Translations under genes and position numbers: made by a program
From: Alphaproteobacteria bacterium
GTDB taxonomy: Bacteria > Pseudomonadota > Alphaproteobacteria > RF32 > CAG-239
Assembly (NCBI GenBank): GCA_017471705.1
Contig: JAFUSH010000023.1
Location: 2,649-66,648 of the forward strand
Direction: 5' to 3'
Length of the DNA: 64,000 bases
Shown: positions 16,607-25,554 of the stretch, in pieces
Numbering within the stretch: the first letter of the stretch is position 1
Layout of the letters: every line of letters begins with the position of its first letter
The notes under the pieces: model-generated
Database searches by the model: none
The model's input: only the letters and a program-made list of their open reading frames with translations
What the model was told of the DNA's origin: nothing

Positions 16607-16765
16607 AAATAAAACAAAAACCACCTCAAATCTCTTCAAGGTGGGGAGTTCACAACTGTCGCATAAGCAGTCTTGCTTATTCAATATATTCAGCAAGCTC
16701 CCCGTTATGAGGAGTTATTTTATACGAGGAGCTGTGACACTCCGCAGACGACCTCTCGCCTGCAG
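16607..16765 (-). ncRNA. candidate ~160-nt structured RNA (sRNA or leader) with its own promoter and intrinsic terminator, copy 1
   Basis: Minus strand runs GCAGGCGAGAGGUCGUCUGC...GGGGAGCUUGCU-GAAUAUAUUGAAUA-AGCAAG...CUCCCC. It ends in a 10-bp stem CCACCUUGAA-GAGA-UUUGAGGUGG followed by UUUUUGUUUU. It is conserved with compensatory changes at 58954..59112. Confidence 0.6.
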
Positions 16766-16770
16766 AAACC

Positions 16771-16798
16771 ATATTAGACCAACGAGTGTAATTTGCAA
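16771..16798 (-). promoter_or_regulatory. putative promoter of the structured RNA (TTGCAA-N16-TAATAT)
   Basis: Identical hexamers with identical 16-nt spacing are found at 59118..59145, although the spacer sequences differ. Confidence 0.55.
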
Positions 16799-16870
16799 GA
16801 GAAAAAATTGTGTCACCCCTATTTTTTGCCGACAGGCGAAAAATTCAAGTGGTACCCAAGTTAATTTTAA

Positions 16871-17464
16871 TTAATCGGAAGATACTCTGATTTTGCCTTG
16901 CGGCAAAAAGGTATGACCTGACTTACTCAAATTTTGATATATCTCATCTGTTGTCATTACACTCAGACTTTGCGGCGTCAAATCCAAACTTTGCCACATT
17001 TCCGGCGGCACTTCCGGTTTATTTATTACCTGTACGGTAAAATTCTCTTTAAGCATTTCTTCTTTGTTTTCGGCAGTGAGCAAGCAAATTTCTCCCGTTC
17101 CCAAAAACGGAAGTCCCAGTTTTTCGACTACCGGCAAATGAGTGACAAAATGATAATATTTTATGTCGTCTTCGGTATTTTCCAACAGATTATTGATAAA
17201 TTTGCGGATTGTAAAAGCAGACGCACTCTCCTCCAGTGCCTCAATTTCCAAAATATGCGGACACCCCATACCCAAAGCTTCAAAACGAGCAGTCACCGTG
17301 GCTCTTGCCAACGGCGAATGATACACCGTTTCACATTCCGGCAACCATTCTTTAAGCTGCGCTCCGCTCAAATAAGCGCAAAGCATATCTTCACGCTGTA
17401 TGGCGGTATCCGTTCCGTAACGCTCGTGGCGCCCGATGCTTAAATAAAACCTATTTTCCGCCAT
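16871..17464 (-). CDS. histidine phosphatase family protein (SixA/PhoE-like)
   Basis: 197 aa; LSIGRHERYG (RHG-like motif) and YHSPLARATVTA resemble branch-1 histidine phosphatases. Confidence 0.5.
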   Translation of the reverse strand: MAENRFYLSIGRHERYGTDTAIQREDMLCAYLSGAQLKEWLPECETVYHSPLARATVTARFEALGMGCPHILEIEALEESASAFTIRKFINNLLENTEDDIKYYHFVTHLPVVEKLGLPFLGTGEICLLTAENKEEMLKENFTVQVINKPEVPPEMWQSLDLTPQSLSVMTTDEIYQNLSKSGHTFLPQGKIRVSSD

Positions 17465-18419
17465 TTTCTTTCGGCTTTTTAATAAGTGAAAGTAAAATAC
17501 CTCCGGTCAAAAGTCCCAATGTTACGCTCAGTGATTGCCATTCCTGCACGGTTATTCCGATTTTAGGCAAGAATATCTTCAGACCTATAAAAATTAAAAT
17601 AATGGAGATAGCCGGTTTTAAATAGGCAAATTTATTGATAATCGCCGCCAATAAAAAGTATAAAGCGCGCAATCCCAATATTGCAAAAATATTACTGGTA
17701 TACACCACATAAACATCGGTAGTAACCAAAAAAATCGCCGGAATGCTGTCAAGCGCGAAAACCACGTCCATAGTTTCAATAATCAGCAAGGCAAAAAACA
17801 GCGGGGTGATATAGTGTTTTCCGTTTTCCTTTACAAAAAAATGCTCTCCTCTGATTTCGTGGGTAACGTGAAAATATTTAGCCAGTATCTTATAAATTTT
17901 GGTATCTTTAATGTTACCCTGTTCTTCATCTTCGGTAACCAGCATTTTCACGCCGGTATAGATAAGAAATGCCGAAAACAGATATAAAATCCAATGAAAT
18001 TTAACCACCAAAGCGTCGCCTACGCCGATTAATACTCCGCGCATCACCAAAGCGCCCAAGATTCCCCAAAATAAAACGCGGTGCTGATATATACGGGGCA
18101 CTCCCAATGCGGCAAAAATCATCGACATCACAAAAATATTATCCATAGACAGGCTTTTTTCCAGAAGGTATCCGGTAAAATAATCCATACCTTTTTCGGC
18201 ACCGTCTTCAATCCACACGAAAACTCCGAATGCCAAAGCGGCAATGATATAGGCTATGCAAATCCATAATGTATGCCAAAAATGCGGTTCTTCATTTTTG
18301 CGGTTAAACCAAAATAAATCGGCAGCCAACAACACTACCACCGCAATCCCGAAACAAGTCCACAGCCAAAATTGTGAAAGATGTTCGTGCATTCCGAATA
18401 TTGAATTAAGTATTTCCAT
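17451..18419 (-). CDS. TerC family integral membrane protein
   Basis: 322 aa, multi-pass; LEKSLSMDNIFV and VFALDSIPAI resemble the duplicated TerC motifs. Confidence 0.85.
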   Translation of the reverse strand: MEILNSIFGMHEHLSQFWLWTCFGIAVVVLLAADLFWFNRKNEEPHFWHTLWICIAYIIAALAFGVFVWIEDGAEKGMDYFTGYLLEKSLSMDNIFVMSMIFAALGVPRIYQHRVLFWGILGALVMRGVLIGVGDALVVKFHWILYLFSAFLIYTGVKMLVTEDEEQGNIKDTKIYKILAKYFHVTHEIRGEHFFVKENGKHYITPLFFALLIIETMDVVFALDSIPAIFLVTTDVYVVYTSNIFAILGLRALYFLLAAIINKFAYLKPAISIILIFIGLKIFLPKIGITVQEWQSLSVTLGLLTGGILLSLIKKPKENGGK

Positions 18420-19387
18420 TATTTAATTTCCAAATTCCAAGTGGTTTTCACTATATCATCAATATTTGTATATTTCGGTTCCCAACCCAAAATCTCTTTG
18501 GCATAACCATTGGTTGCCACTACTGTCGACGGATCACCGGCACGCCGCGGAGCCATTTCATAATTAATTTTGCGTCCGGTTACTCTTTCGGCGGATTGTA
18601 TCATTTCCAAAACGGAAGTTCCGGTATTGGTACCGAGATTTATCGCGTATGATTTATGTTCCGTCAATAACTTTTTGATAGCCGATACGTGAGCGCTTGC
18701 CAAGTCTTCGACGTGAATATAATCGCGTATGCAAGTGCCATCCGGAGTATCGTAATCATTGCCGAACACATACAATTTTTCGCGAACACCGGTTGCAACT
18801 TCCATAATTATCGGCAGCAAATTCTGCGGATTCTTCTCGCGTCCGGTAATTGAACCGTCCGCCGCATATCCCACCGCATTGAAATAACGTAAAGCAATAT
18901 AATTAAAGTCTTTTAAGCGCGCATACCATTCCATAACCCGTTCAATTTCATACTTGGTAAAACCGTAAAAACTCATCGGATTAATCGGGTGTTTCTCGTC
19001 AATCGGCAAATACTGCGGCATACCGTAAACCGCCGAGGTTGATGAAAACACGATATTTTTTACTCCGGTATCGACCATTGCGTTAAAAATATTGACCGAA
19101 CCGTTGATATTGTTACGGGCATAAAGTTGCGGATTTTCCATCGATTCGCCGACTGCTTTTTTGGCAGCCAAATGCACTACCGCATCAAAACCGCCGCGCA
19201 TAGTTCCTTCCAAAAGTTCATAATCAGATATATCTCCTTCAACAAAATCGGCATCTGCAAACAAATTACACCGATGACCTGTAGACAGATTATCGTAGAC
19301 AGTGACTCCGAATCCGTCGGCGAGTAAGGCCTTTACTACGTGACTTCCTATATATCCGGCACCGCCGATGACCAAAACTTTTTTCAT
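18419..19387 (-). CDS. galE: UDP-glucose 4-epimerase
   Basis: 322 aa; GGAGYIGSH Rossmann motif and YGFTKYEIE (YxxxK). Confidence 0.9.
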   Translation of the reverse strand: MKKVLVIGGAGYIGSHVVKALLADGFGVTVYDNLSTGHRCNLFADADFVEGDISDYELLEGTMRGGFDAVVHLAAKKAVGESMENPQLYARNNINGSVNIFNAMVDTGVKNIVFSSTSAVYGMPQYLPIDEKHPINPMSFYGFTKYEIERVMEWYARLKDFNYIALRYFNAVGYAADGSITGREKNPQNLLPIIMEVATGVREKLYVFGNDYDTPDGTCIRDYIHVEDLASAHVSAIKKLLTEHKSYAINLGTNTGTSVLEMIQSAERVTGRKINYEMAPRRAGDPSTVVATNGYAKEILGWEPKYTNIDDIVKTTWNLEIK

Positions 19388-19461
19388 ATCAAAATCCTTT
19401 CAAATTTTACATCTGATTGTAAAATATACGCATTTTCATCATTTGTATTTTTTTATACCCG

Positions 19462-19470
19462 TTATCCACA
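19462..19470 (+). promoter_or_regulatory. perfect consensus DnaA box TTATCCACA upstream of dnaB
   Basis: Read directly (cccgTTATCCACAagat), 83 nt upstream of the dnaB ATG. Confidence 0.5.
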
Positions 19471-19552
19471 AGATAAAAAATATTTAGCTATAAATTTACA
19501 CCGAAATAAATATAACGAAATAATTAAAACTTCTCTACCAAAGGCTCTGACT

Positions 19553-21028
19553 ATGGAAAAAATCGACGTTAATAAATTGCCTAAAAATATTGAGGCAGAA
19601 CAAGCTCTCATCGGTGCATTGCTTGCCAACAACAAAGCGTATGAAAAAGTCGCCGACATTTTAAAACCGGCATATTTTGCCGATTCCACGCATCAAAAAA
19701 TATTTGAAGTAATGTCTAAACTTTTGACCAGAGAGCACACGGCCGACATTATTACTTTGAAAAACTATTTTGAACAGGAAGGAACTTTGGAACAAGTCGG
19801 CGGATTCCCGTATTTGGTAAAGTTGGTTGAAAGCGCCTCGCCGCTGACTAATGTAGAGTATTATGCGCAGTTTATTTATGATAAATATTTACGCCGTGAA
19901 CTGATTAATACCGGTTTTGAAATCGTCAACAACGCAATGCAGGAAAGCGTTGACGTTTCGGCAACGGAACAAATCAGCGAAGCCGAGCGCGCTCTGTACA
20001 CCCTTTCCGATAAGGGAGATACACAAGGCGGATTTATAGATTTTGCCAAAGCGTTATCTTCATCACTTGCCAATATTGAAAAAGCTTATCAAAAAGAAGG
20101 GCGTATTTCCGGCGTGCCTACCGGATTGAACCAATTGGATTATAAAATCGGCGGCTTAAACGACTCCGATTTGATAATTCTGGCCGGACGTCCGGCAATG
20201 GGTAAAACCGCACTCGCCACCAATATCGCCTATAATGTGGCGGAATTTTTCTCCCGCGACAAAGAAACTCCGCCCGATAAACGCGGTGTTGCGTTCTTTT
20301 CATTGGAAATGTCTGCCGAAGAACTGGGAGCGCGTATTCTATCCACCGTCACCCAAACATCGAGTCATAAAATGCGTGTCGGAGATTTGCAAGCCGCGGA
20401 ATTTACCCGCATTACCGCAGCGGCTCGCGAACTTGAAAATATACCGTTATACATTGACGATACTCCCGGAGTGAGCATAAATGCCATCCGCACCCGCGCC
20501 CGTCGCCTGAAACGCAGTAAAGGTCTGGGATTGGTGGTCATCGACTATATCCAACTTATCGGCGGAACCGGTGATAAAAAAAGCGAGGGTAATCGCGTGC
20601 AGGAAGTTTCGGAAATTTCCCGCGGTTTAAAGATTTTAGCCAAAGAATTAAAAATTCCGGTGATTGCTCTTTCGCAATTAAACCGCAGCGTGGAATCGCG
20701 CGAAGACCGCAAGCCGCAAATGTCTGATTTGCGCGAGTCGGGTTCCATAGAGCAAGACGCTGATATTGTAATGTTTGTATTCCGCGAAAATTACTACATT
20801 CACAACTCGGAGCCTAAGCGCAAAGAAGATGAACCGGAAGATAAATTCATCAAACGCCATACCGAATGGGAAATTAAAGACCGTCAAACCGCAAATTTGG
20901 CAGAGGTAATCGTCGGCAAACAGCGTCACGGTCCGACCGGTCCGGTAAAACTTTATTGGAACGGCGAATTTACGCAATTCGGCAATTTAGCCGAAGAAGA
21001 AAAACTTCCGGAGCAGCACGGTGGCTGA
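19553..21028 (+). CDS. dnaB: replicative DNA helicase DnaB
   Basis: Start set at MEKIDVNKLPKNIEAEQALIGALL; Walker A GRPAMGKTALA. The track start at 19340 would overlap galE and the intergenic region. Confidence 0.93.
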   Translation: MEKIDVNKLPKNIEAEQALIGALLANNKAYEKVADILKPAYFADSTHQKIFEVMSKLLTREHTADIITLKNYFEQEGTLEQVGGFPYLVKLVESASPLTNVEYYAQFIYDKYLRRELINTGFEIVNNAMQESVDVSATEQISEAERALYTLSDKGDTQGGFIDFAKALSSSLANIEKAYQKEGRISGVPTGLNQLDYKIGGLNDSDLIILAGRPAMGKTALATNIAYNVAEFFSRDKETPPDKRGVAFFSLEMSAEELGARILSTVTQTSSHKMRVGDLQAAEFTRITAAARELENIPLYIDDTPGVSINAIRTRARRLKRSKGLGLVVIDYIQLIGGTGDKKSEGNRVQEVSEISRGLKILAKELKIPVIALSQLNRSVESREDRKPQMSDLRESGSIEQDADIVMFVFRENYYIHNSEPKRKEDEPEDKFIKRHTEWEIKDRQTANLAEVIVGKQRHGPTGPVKLYWNGEFTQFGNLAEEEKLPEQHGG

Positions 21029-21407
21029 GCAAGATTGGGATAATTTAAGCGAACAACAATGGGAAGAGTTGTGCGACCGTTGCGGCAAATGCTGTCTGGT
21101 AAGCCTGCAGGATATTGATAGCGGCGAGATATATCATACCAATATTTTGTGCCGCTACTATGACATTGAAAACAAACTTTGCACCGTCTATGACAAACGC
21201 TGTCAATTAGTGCCGAACTGCCTTAAGCTTGATAAAAACAATGTCGACAAACTGCCTTTTATGCCCAAAACCTGCGCATATCGTGCCTTGTTTGATAAAA
21301 ATTTCAAACCGCAGCCGTTAAAAAGTTTACAAGGACGCGTTGTGAGCGAAACCGATATTGATGAAACCGATTTGGAAAGCTATATTGTAGATTGGGACGA
21401 TATATAA
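21021..21407 (+). CDS. YcgN/UPF0260-like Cys-rich protein, short paralogue
   Basis: 128 aa; WEELCDRCGKCCL ... PKTCAYRAL ... YIVDWDDI parallels the downstream YcgN homologue. The GTG start overlaps the dnaB stop. Confidence 0.7.
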   Translation: MAEQDWDNLSEQQWEELCDRCGKCCLVSLQDIDSGEIYHTNILCRYYDIENKLCTVYDKRCQLVPNCLKLDKNNVDKLPFMPKTCAYRALFDKNFKPQPLKSLQGRVVSETDIDETDLESYIVDWDDI

Positions 21408-21907
21408 TGGCTTACGAAGATTTGCAAGAAGAATACAATCCGCAGGAAAGAGTTGATGAGTTTTCAAAATTAGAACCGCAATTTTGGAAACATAAAAAGC
21501 TTGAGCAAATGAGCAAAGCCGAATGGGAGGCGCTTTGCGACGGTTGCGGTAAATGCTGTTTGAATAAAATAGAAATTAAAGGCAAAGTGCATTTTACCAA
21601 TGCTTATTGCCGATTTCTGGATTGCAAAAGCTGTTTGTGCAAAATTTATAACCATCGCTTTGAGGTAGTAAAAGACTGCCGAGATATCAACCTCGAAGCC
21701 GTCAGAGAAAAGCCGCGTTGGCTACCTAAAACTTGCGCTTACTGGCTTTTGGATAACGGATACGATTTACCGACTTGGCATCCGCTCATAACCAAACGGG
21801 CGGCAAGTGTGCAAGAGGCACAGATGTCCTTAAGAGGACGCGAACTGATTAATGAAACAAAGGTTAAAGACTATGAAGATTACATTGTTGACTGGCAAGA
21901 CCTTTGA
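21392..21907 (+). CDS. ycgN: YcgN/UPF0260 family protein
   Basis: 171 aa; FWKHKKLEQMSKAEWEALCDGCGKCCLNK...LPKTCAYWLL...LPTWHPL closely resembles my recollection of E. coli YcgN. Confidence 0.8.
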   Translation: MGRYIMAYEDLQEEYNPQERVDEFSKLEPQFWKHKKLEQMSKAEWEALCDGCGKCCLNKIEIKGKVHFTNAYCRFLDCKSCLCKIYNHRFEVVKDCRDINLEAVREKPRWLPKTCAYWLLDNGYDLPTWHPLITKRAASVQEAQMSLRGRELINETKVKDYEDYIVDWQDL

Positions 21908-21926
21908 TATTTCCGCCGAAGTCGGT

Positions 21927-22583
21927 ATGGATATAAAAGTCATTCGTTCAGATAAGTCCGGCAAATTGATTTTGCGTATCGATTCCAAAGAGAGAATTCC
22001 CGTTTTATCGATTCCCCGCTTCTGTTCGCAACGCCGTGCCGTTAAATTTGTTAACGAGAATATGGATTGGATTCTTAAATCTTTAGCCAATCTTCCGGAA
22101 ATAAAAAAATTTTCCGACGGCGAAACCATATCGCTTTTCGGAAAAAATGTTATTATATCGCATCGTCCGCAGGATAAAGGCGGTGTATGGCTTGAAAATA
22201 ATCTGCTTTGCGTATCCGGTGAAGCGGAATTCATACACCGCCGTGTGCGTGACTATATCCGCCGCCGCGCCGGTGATGAATTTTATGTTCGCTCCAAAAA
22301 ATTGGCGGAAAAAATCGGTTGCCGATTAAACGGAGTAGTGATTAAAGACACGAAATCACGCTGGGGCAGTTGTTCTTCCTTAAATAACATAAATTACAGC
22401 TGGCGAATTGCTTTGGCTCCCGATTTTGTAATTGATTATTTATTGGCGCACGAAGTATCGCATCTCAAGCATCACGACCACTCCGCCGCCTTTTGGGAAT
22501 GTGTGGCAGAGCTTTGTCCCGAATGGTCGCGCGGCAACAGCTGGCTTAGGCGCAACGGCAAATCTTTATACGCTTATTTGTAA
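21927..22583 (+). CDS. M48-family / YgjP-like (DUF45) metal-dependent hydrolase
   Basis: HEVSHLKHHDH (HExxH). Start is uncertain: ATG 21927 avoids an overlap, and the alternatives 21873 and 21852 would overlap ycgN. Confidence 0.75.
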   Translation: MDIKVIRSDKSGKLILRIDSKERIPVLSIPRFCSQRRAVKFVNENMDWILKSLANLPEIKKFSDGETISLFGKNVIISHRPQDKGGVWLENNLLCVSGEAEFIHRRVRDYIRRRAGDEFYVRSKKLAEKIGCRLNGVVIKDTKSRWGSCSSLNNINYSWRIALAPDFVIDYLLAHEVSHLKHHDHSAAFWECVAELCPEWSRGNSWLRRNGKSLYAYL

Positions 22584-22726
22584 TAAGATGTAACATTTTG
22601 TTTAGACTTTATATCGGCATAATATTTAATTTTGAATTGACTCTTATGATATTTCGGATATATTTGAGGCAAATATTTGTTGTTTTCAAATATTTTGTTA
22701 GTACTAATAAACTAAGGAGATTACTT

Positions 22727-23356
22727 ATGAAAAAAATTTTGTTGATGGCCGGTGTTGCCGCTTTTGCTTTTGCTTCTAACGCTAACGCTTTGGAAGTTAA
22801 TCCGTATGTTTCGGCTAAATTGTCCTATGACTGGGCTAAAAATGATGTTATTCACGATTCCAACTATGTCAGTGACAAAATAAAGTTCCACAAAAATATT
22901 TGGGGCGGACATTATGCTGCCGGTGTAAAGGCAAGAGCCATCCGCGCTGAGGTTGAATGGAATCATTATCAAGATGCTAAAAGAAAAGATTTTGAGGCAG
23001 ATATGAGATTCCGTTTGCAAAACAACACATTAATGTTGAACGGCTACTATGATATCAATACTTGCACCAAATGGACACCGTATGTTGGCGCCGGTGTTGG
23101 TGTTGCTATGTTGAAGTTCACGGCAAAAGATATGGGCGACGGTTTCAAGATGAATGAAAAAACATATAATGTAGCTTGGCAGGTTGGCGCCGGTGTAACT
23201 TATGACCTGACTAAGAATGTTGCTTTGGATGCCGGTTACAGATATATTGATGCCGGTGCAGCTGTTGCTCAAAAGGTAATTGATGATGGTTATGAAAAGG
23301 TGAAGGCTGACACGGCTGCTCACGAAGTATACTTCGGCGCTCGTTATACTTTCTAA
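22727..23356 (+). CDS. outer-membrane beta-barrel protein (Omp25/OMP_b-brl-like)
   Basis: Start at MKKILLMAGVAAFAFASNANA after AAGGAG. Alternating beta-strand pattern and C-terminal GARYTF. Confidence 0.8.
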   Translation: MKKILLMAGVAAFAFASNANALEVNPYVSAKLSYDWAKNDVIHDSNYVSDKIKFHKNIWGGHYAAGVKARAIRAEVEWNHYQDAKRKDFEADMRFRLQNNTLMLNGYYDINTCTKWTPYVGAGVGVAMLKFTAKDMGDGFKMNEKTYNVAWQVGAGVTYDLTKNVALDAGYRYIDAGAAVAQKVIDDGYEKVKADTAAHEVYFGARYTF

Positions 23357-23551
23357 TCATAACAGGTTAAAAGTTTAGATTTTTTTCATTAAGGACTCCG
23401 CTGTAATCAAGCGGAGTTCTTTTTGTTACAAGGCTTCATTAACATTTTGTTTACAAAAAAATGCTTGACGATTTAATTAATTTAGCTTACATTGCAACCG
23501 TTCTTAAACAAAAGTTTATTGTTGATCAACAAATAACAAAAGGAATAGATT

Positions 23552-24193
23552 ATGAAAAAATTTTTACTTTTAGCCGGTGTTGCTTGCTTGTTTACAGCAA
23601 ATGCTCAAGCTGCCGGTGTACAGTTAAATCAATATGTTTCCGGTAAAGTTTCTTATGACTGGAACAGAGATAAGATTAAAAATGTATTTGACGGTGTTTC
23701 TCATCATACAAAATTAACTGATGAAAATTATGCTTCTCACGTTGCATACGGTGTTCAAGCCGGTTTTGTTCGCGGTGAATTGGAAGTTAATAATTCTATG
23801 CCGTTAAGCGCAAAATCTACAGCAACCGACGGTACGGATCTTAAAATGAAGGTTTATAAGTATTCTGCTATGGCTAATGCTTATTTCGACTTCTTGAACT
23901 GCACTTCTTGGACTCCGTATGTTGGTGCCGGTTTAGGTACTTCTTGGTTGAAAGCTAAACAATTTGCGTATGCAGATGGTGCAAAGACCAAAAATTTTGA
24001 TAAGTCTGTTTACAACTTAGCTTATCAGGCTATGGCCGGTGTTGCTTACAAAATCAACAGCCACTGGACAGTTGATGCCGGTTATCGTTTTGCTGACTTA
24101 GGTCGCATTCGTAAGCACGAAGTAACTGGTCAGAACGTAAAATTGAAAGTTCGTGATCATTCTGCTTTGCTCGGCGTAAGATATACTTTCTAA
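23552..24193 (+). CDS. outer-membrane beta-barrel protein, paralogue of 22727..23356
   Basis: Signal peptide MKKFLLLAGVACLFTANAQA; shared motifs C(T)(K/S)WTPYVGAG(V/L)G and a C-terminal RYTF. Confidence 0.8.
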   Translation: MKKFLLLAGVACLFTANAQAAGVQLNQYVSGKVSYDWNRDKIKNVFDGVSHHTKLTDENYASHVAYGVQAGFVRGELEVNNSMPLSAKSTATDGTDLKMKVYKYSAMANAYFDFLNCTSWTPYVGAGLGTSWLKAKQFAYADGAKTKNFDKSVYNLAYQAMAGVAYKINSHWTVDAGYRFADLGRIRKHEVTGQNVKLKVRDHSALLGVRYTF

Positions 24194-24341
24194 TTATCTG
24201 AAAGCTTAATGAATAAAAACAACGTCTCCTTCAGGCGTTGTTTTTTTGTTACAAAAACGTAACTTTTTGTGTGTTGCAAGCAAGCATAAATAATTGTATT
24301 TTGCTATCAGTTGAAACTTTTTAATTATAAGGAATTTTAAT

Positions 24342-25502
24342 ATGACCAATAAACCAGCTCAACCGATTAATCTGTTTGATTGTGCCACCACTCAAAAAGT
24401 TATCGGACAAGAAAAATTTTTAGAATCTTTTAAAACTATTCTTAATCACGGGGCTTATTGCCAAGGTCCGGAAACAAAGGAATTAGATACCAAATTAGCC
24501 GAATATGCCGGTTCAAAATACTGTTCCACCTGCGGTTCGGGTACAGACGCCCTAACCTTAGCTTTAATGGCTTGGGATGTTAAACCGGGTGATGCGGTAT
24601 TTGTTTCATCATTCACTTTCGTTGCTTCGGCAGAAGCTCCGGTTTTGCTCGGCGCAACTCCTATTTTTGTTGATTCCGATCCTAATACCTACAATATGGA
24701 TGTAGAAGATTTGAAACGCGCTATTGCCGAGGTTAAAGCAGAAGGGAAATTAAAATTAAAGGCTGTTATTCCGGTTGATATTTTCGGTTCTCCTTGCGAT
24801 TATGACGCTATTATGAAAATTGCCCACGAAAACGGAATGAAAGTTTTAGCCGATTCTTGTCAGGGTTTCGGTTCGGTATATCACGGCAAAAATGCCGGCT
24901 CAATTGCTGATATGACAGCCACTTCGTTCTATCCGACCAAACCTCTCGGCGGTTATGGCGACGGAGGTGCAACTTTCACAAACAGCAATGAAGAAAATGA
25001 GTTGATTAAATCTTGCCGTGTTCACGGTATGAGTCCTGAAGATCACTACGATAATGTTCGTTTGGGAATGACCGGTCGTATGAACTCGTTCCAAGGCGCT
25101 GTTTTATTACTTAAATTGAGCGTTTTCAAAGAAGAATTGAAATCTCGCTATAAAATAGCAAAACGCTATGATGAAGAATTGAGTTCTTATTACGGTAAAC
25201 AAAAGATTTTAGATAATTGCCAATCAGCTTATGCTTTGTATACTATTCATTGCGAAGACAGAGATGAATTGATGACTTACTTAAAGGCTAACGGAATTCC
25301 GTGCGGCGCATATTATCCGCGTCCGGTTAATACGCAGACTGCTTATGCCAAGTGGAATACTCGTTCATTGCCGGTTTGCGAAAAGCTGTCTAAAACCGTA
25401 TGCAGCATTCCGATGACACCATATTTGACCGATGAACAGATGTCATACATTATTGAAAAAATGAATGAATTTGCCGCTTCCAAAATGAAAAAAGCAGCTT
25501 AA
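24342..25502 (+). CDS. DegT/DnrJ/EryC1/StrS family PLP-dependent aminotransferase
   Basis: 386 aa; CSTCGSGTDALTLAL and SFYPTKPLG (PLP lysine region) are typical of the family. Confidence 0.85.
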   Translation: MTNKPAQPINLFDCATTQKVIGQEKFLESFKTILNHGAYCQGPETKELDTKLAEYAGSKYCSTCGSGTDALTLALMAWDVKPGDAVFVSSFTFVASAEAPVLLGATPIFVDSDPNTYNMDVEDLKRAIAEVKAEGKLKLKAVIPVDIFGSPCDYDAIMKIAHENGMKVLADSCQGFGSVYHGKNAGSIADMTATSFYPTKPLGGYGDGGATFTNSNEENELIKSCRVHGMSPEDHYDNVRLGMTGRMNSFQGAVLLLKLSVFKEELKSRYKIAKRYDEELSSYYGKQKILDNCQSAYALYTIHCEDRDELMTYLKANGIPCGAYYPRPVNTQTAYAKWNTRSLPVCEKLSKTVCSIPMTPYLTDEQMSYIIEKMNEFAASKMKKAA

Positions 25503-25554
25503 TCGTTGGTTGAATTACCGAGAGAGCCTGAATAAAGGCTCTCTTTTTTATGGC

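Noticed and set aside
16607-16765. Possibility that the duplicated structured RNA is tmRNA (two-piece), SRP/4.5S, 6S or RNase P RNA, or a known riboswitch (Mn2+ yybP-ykoY because of the nearby terC, fluoride, c-di-GMP, guanidine)
   Set aside because: It has no tRNA-like acceptor/T-arm and no tag ORF. It lacks the SRP GGAA/AGCA domain-IV motif and shows no match to the riboswitch core consensus sequences I can recall. It lies downstream of terC, not upstream, and it is present twice. A proper cmscan is still needed.
16602-16874. 90-aa plus-strand ORF over RNA copy 1, and the 62-aa minus-strand ORF 58924..59112 over RNA copy 2
   Set aside because: Neither reading frame is preserved in the other copy; the minus-strand frame hits TAA in copy 1. 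Conservation follows base-pairing rather than codons.
19340-19552. N-terminal 71-aa extension of DnaB suggested by the ORF track
   Set aside because: It would overlap the galE 5' end and the promoter region. Its sequence is low-complexity, and the conserved DnaB N-terminus begins at MEKIDVNKLPKNIEAEQALIGALL (ATG 19553).
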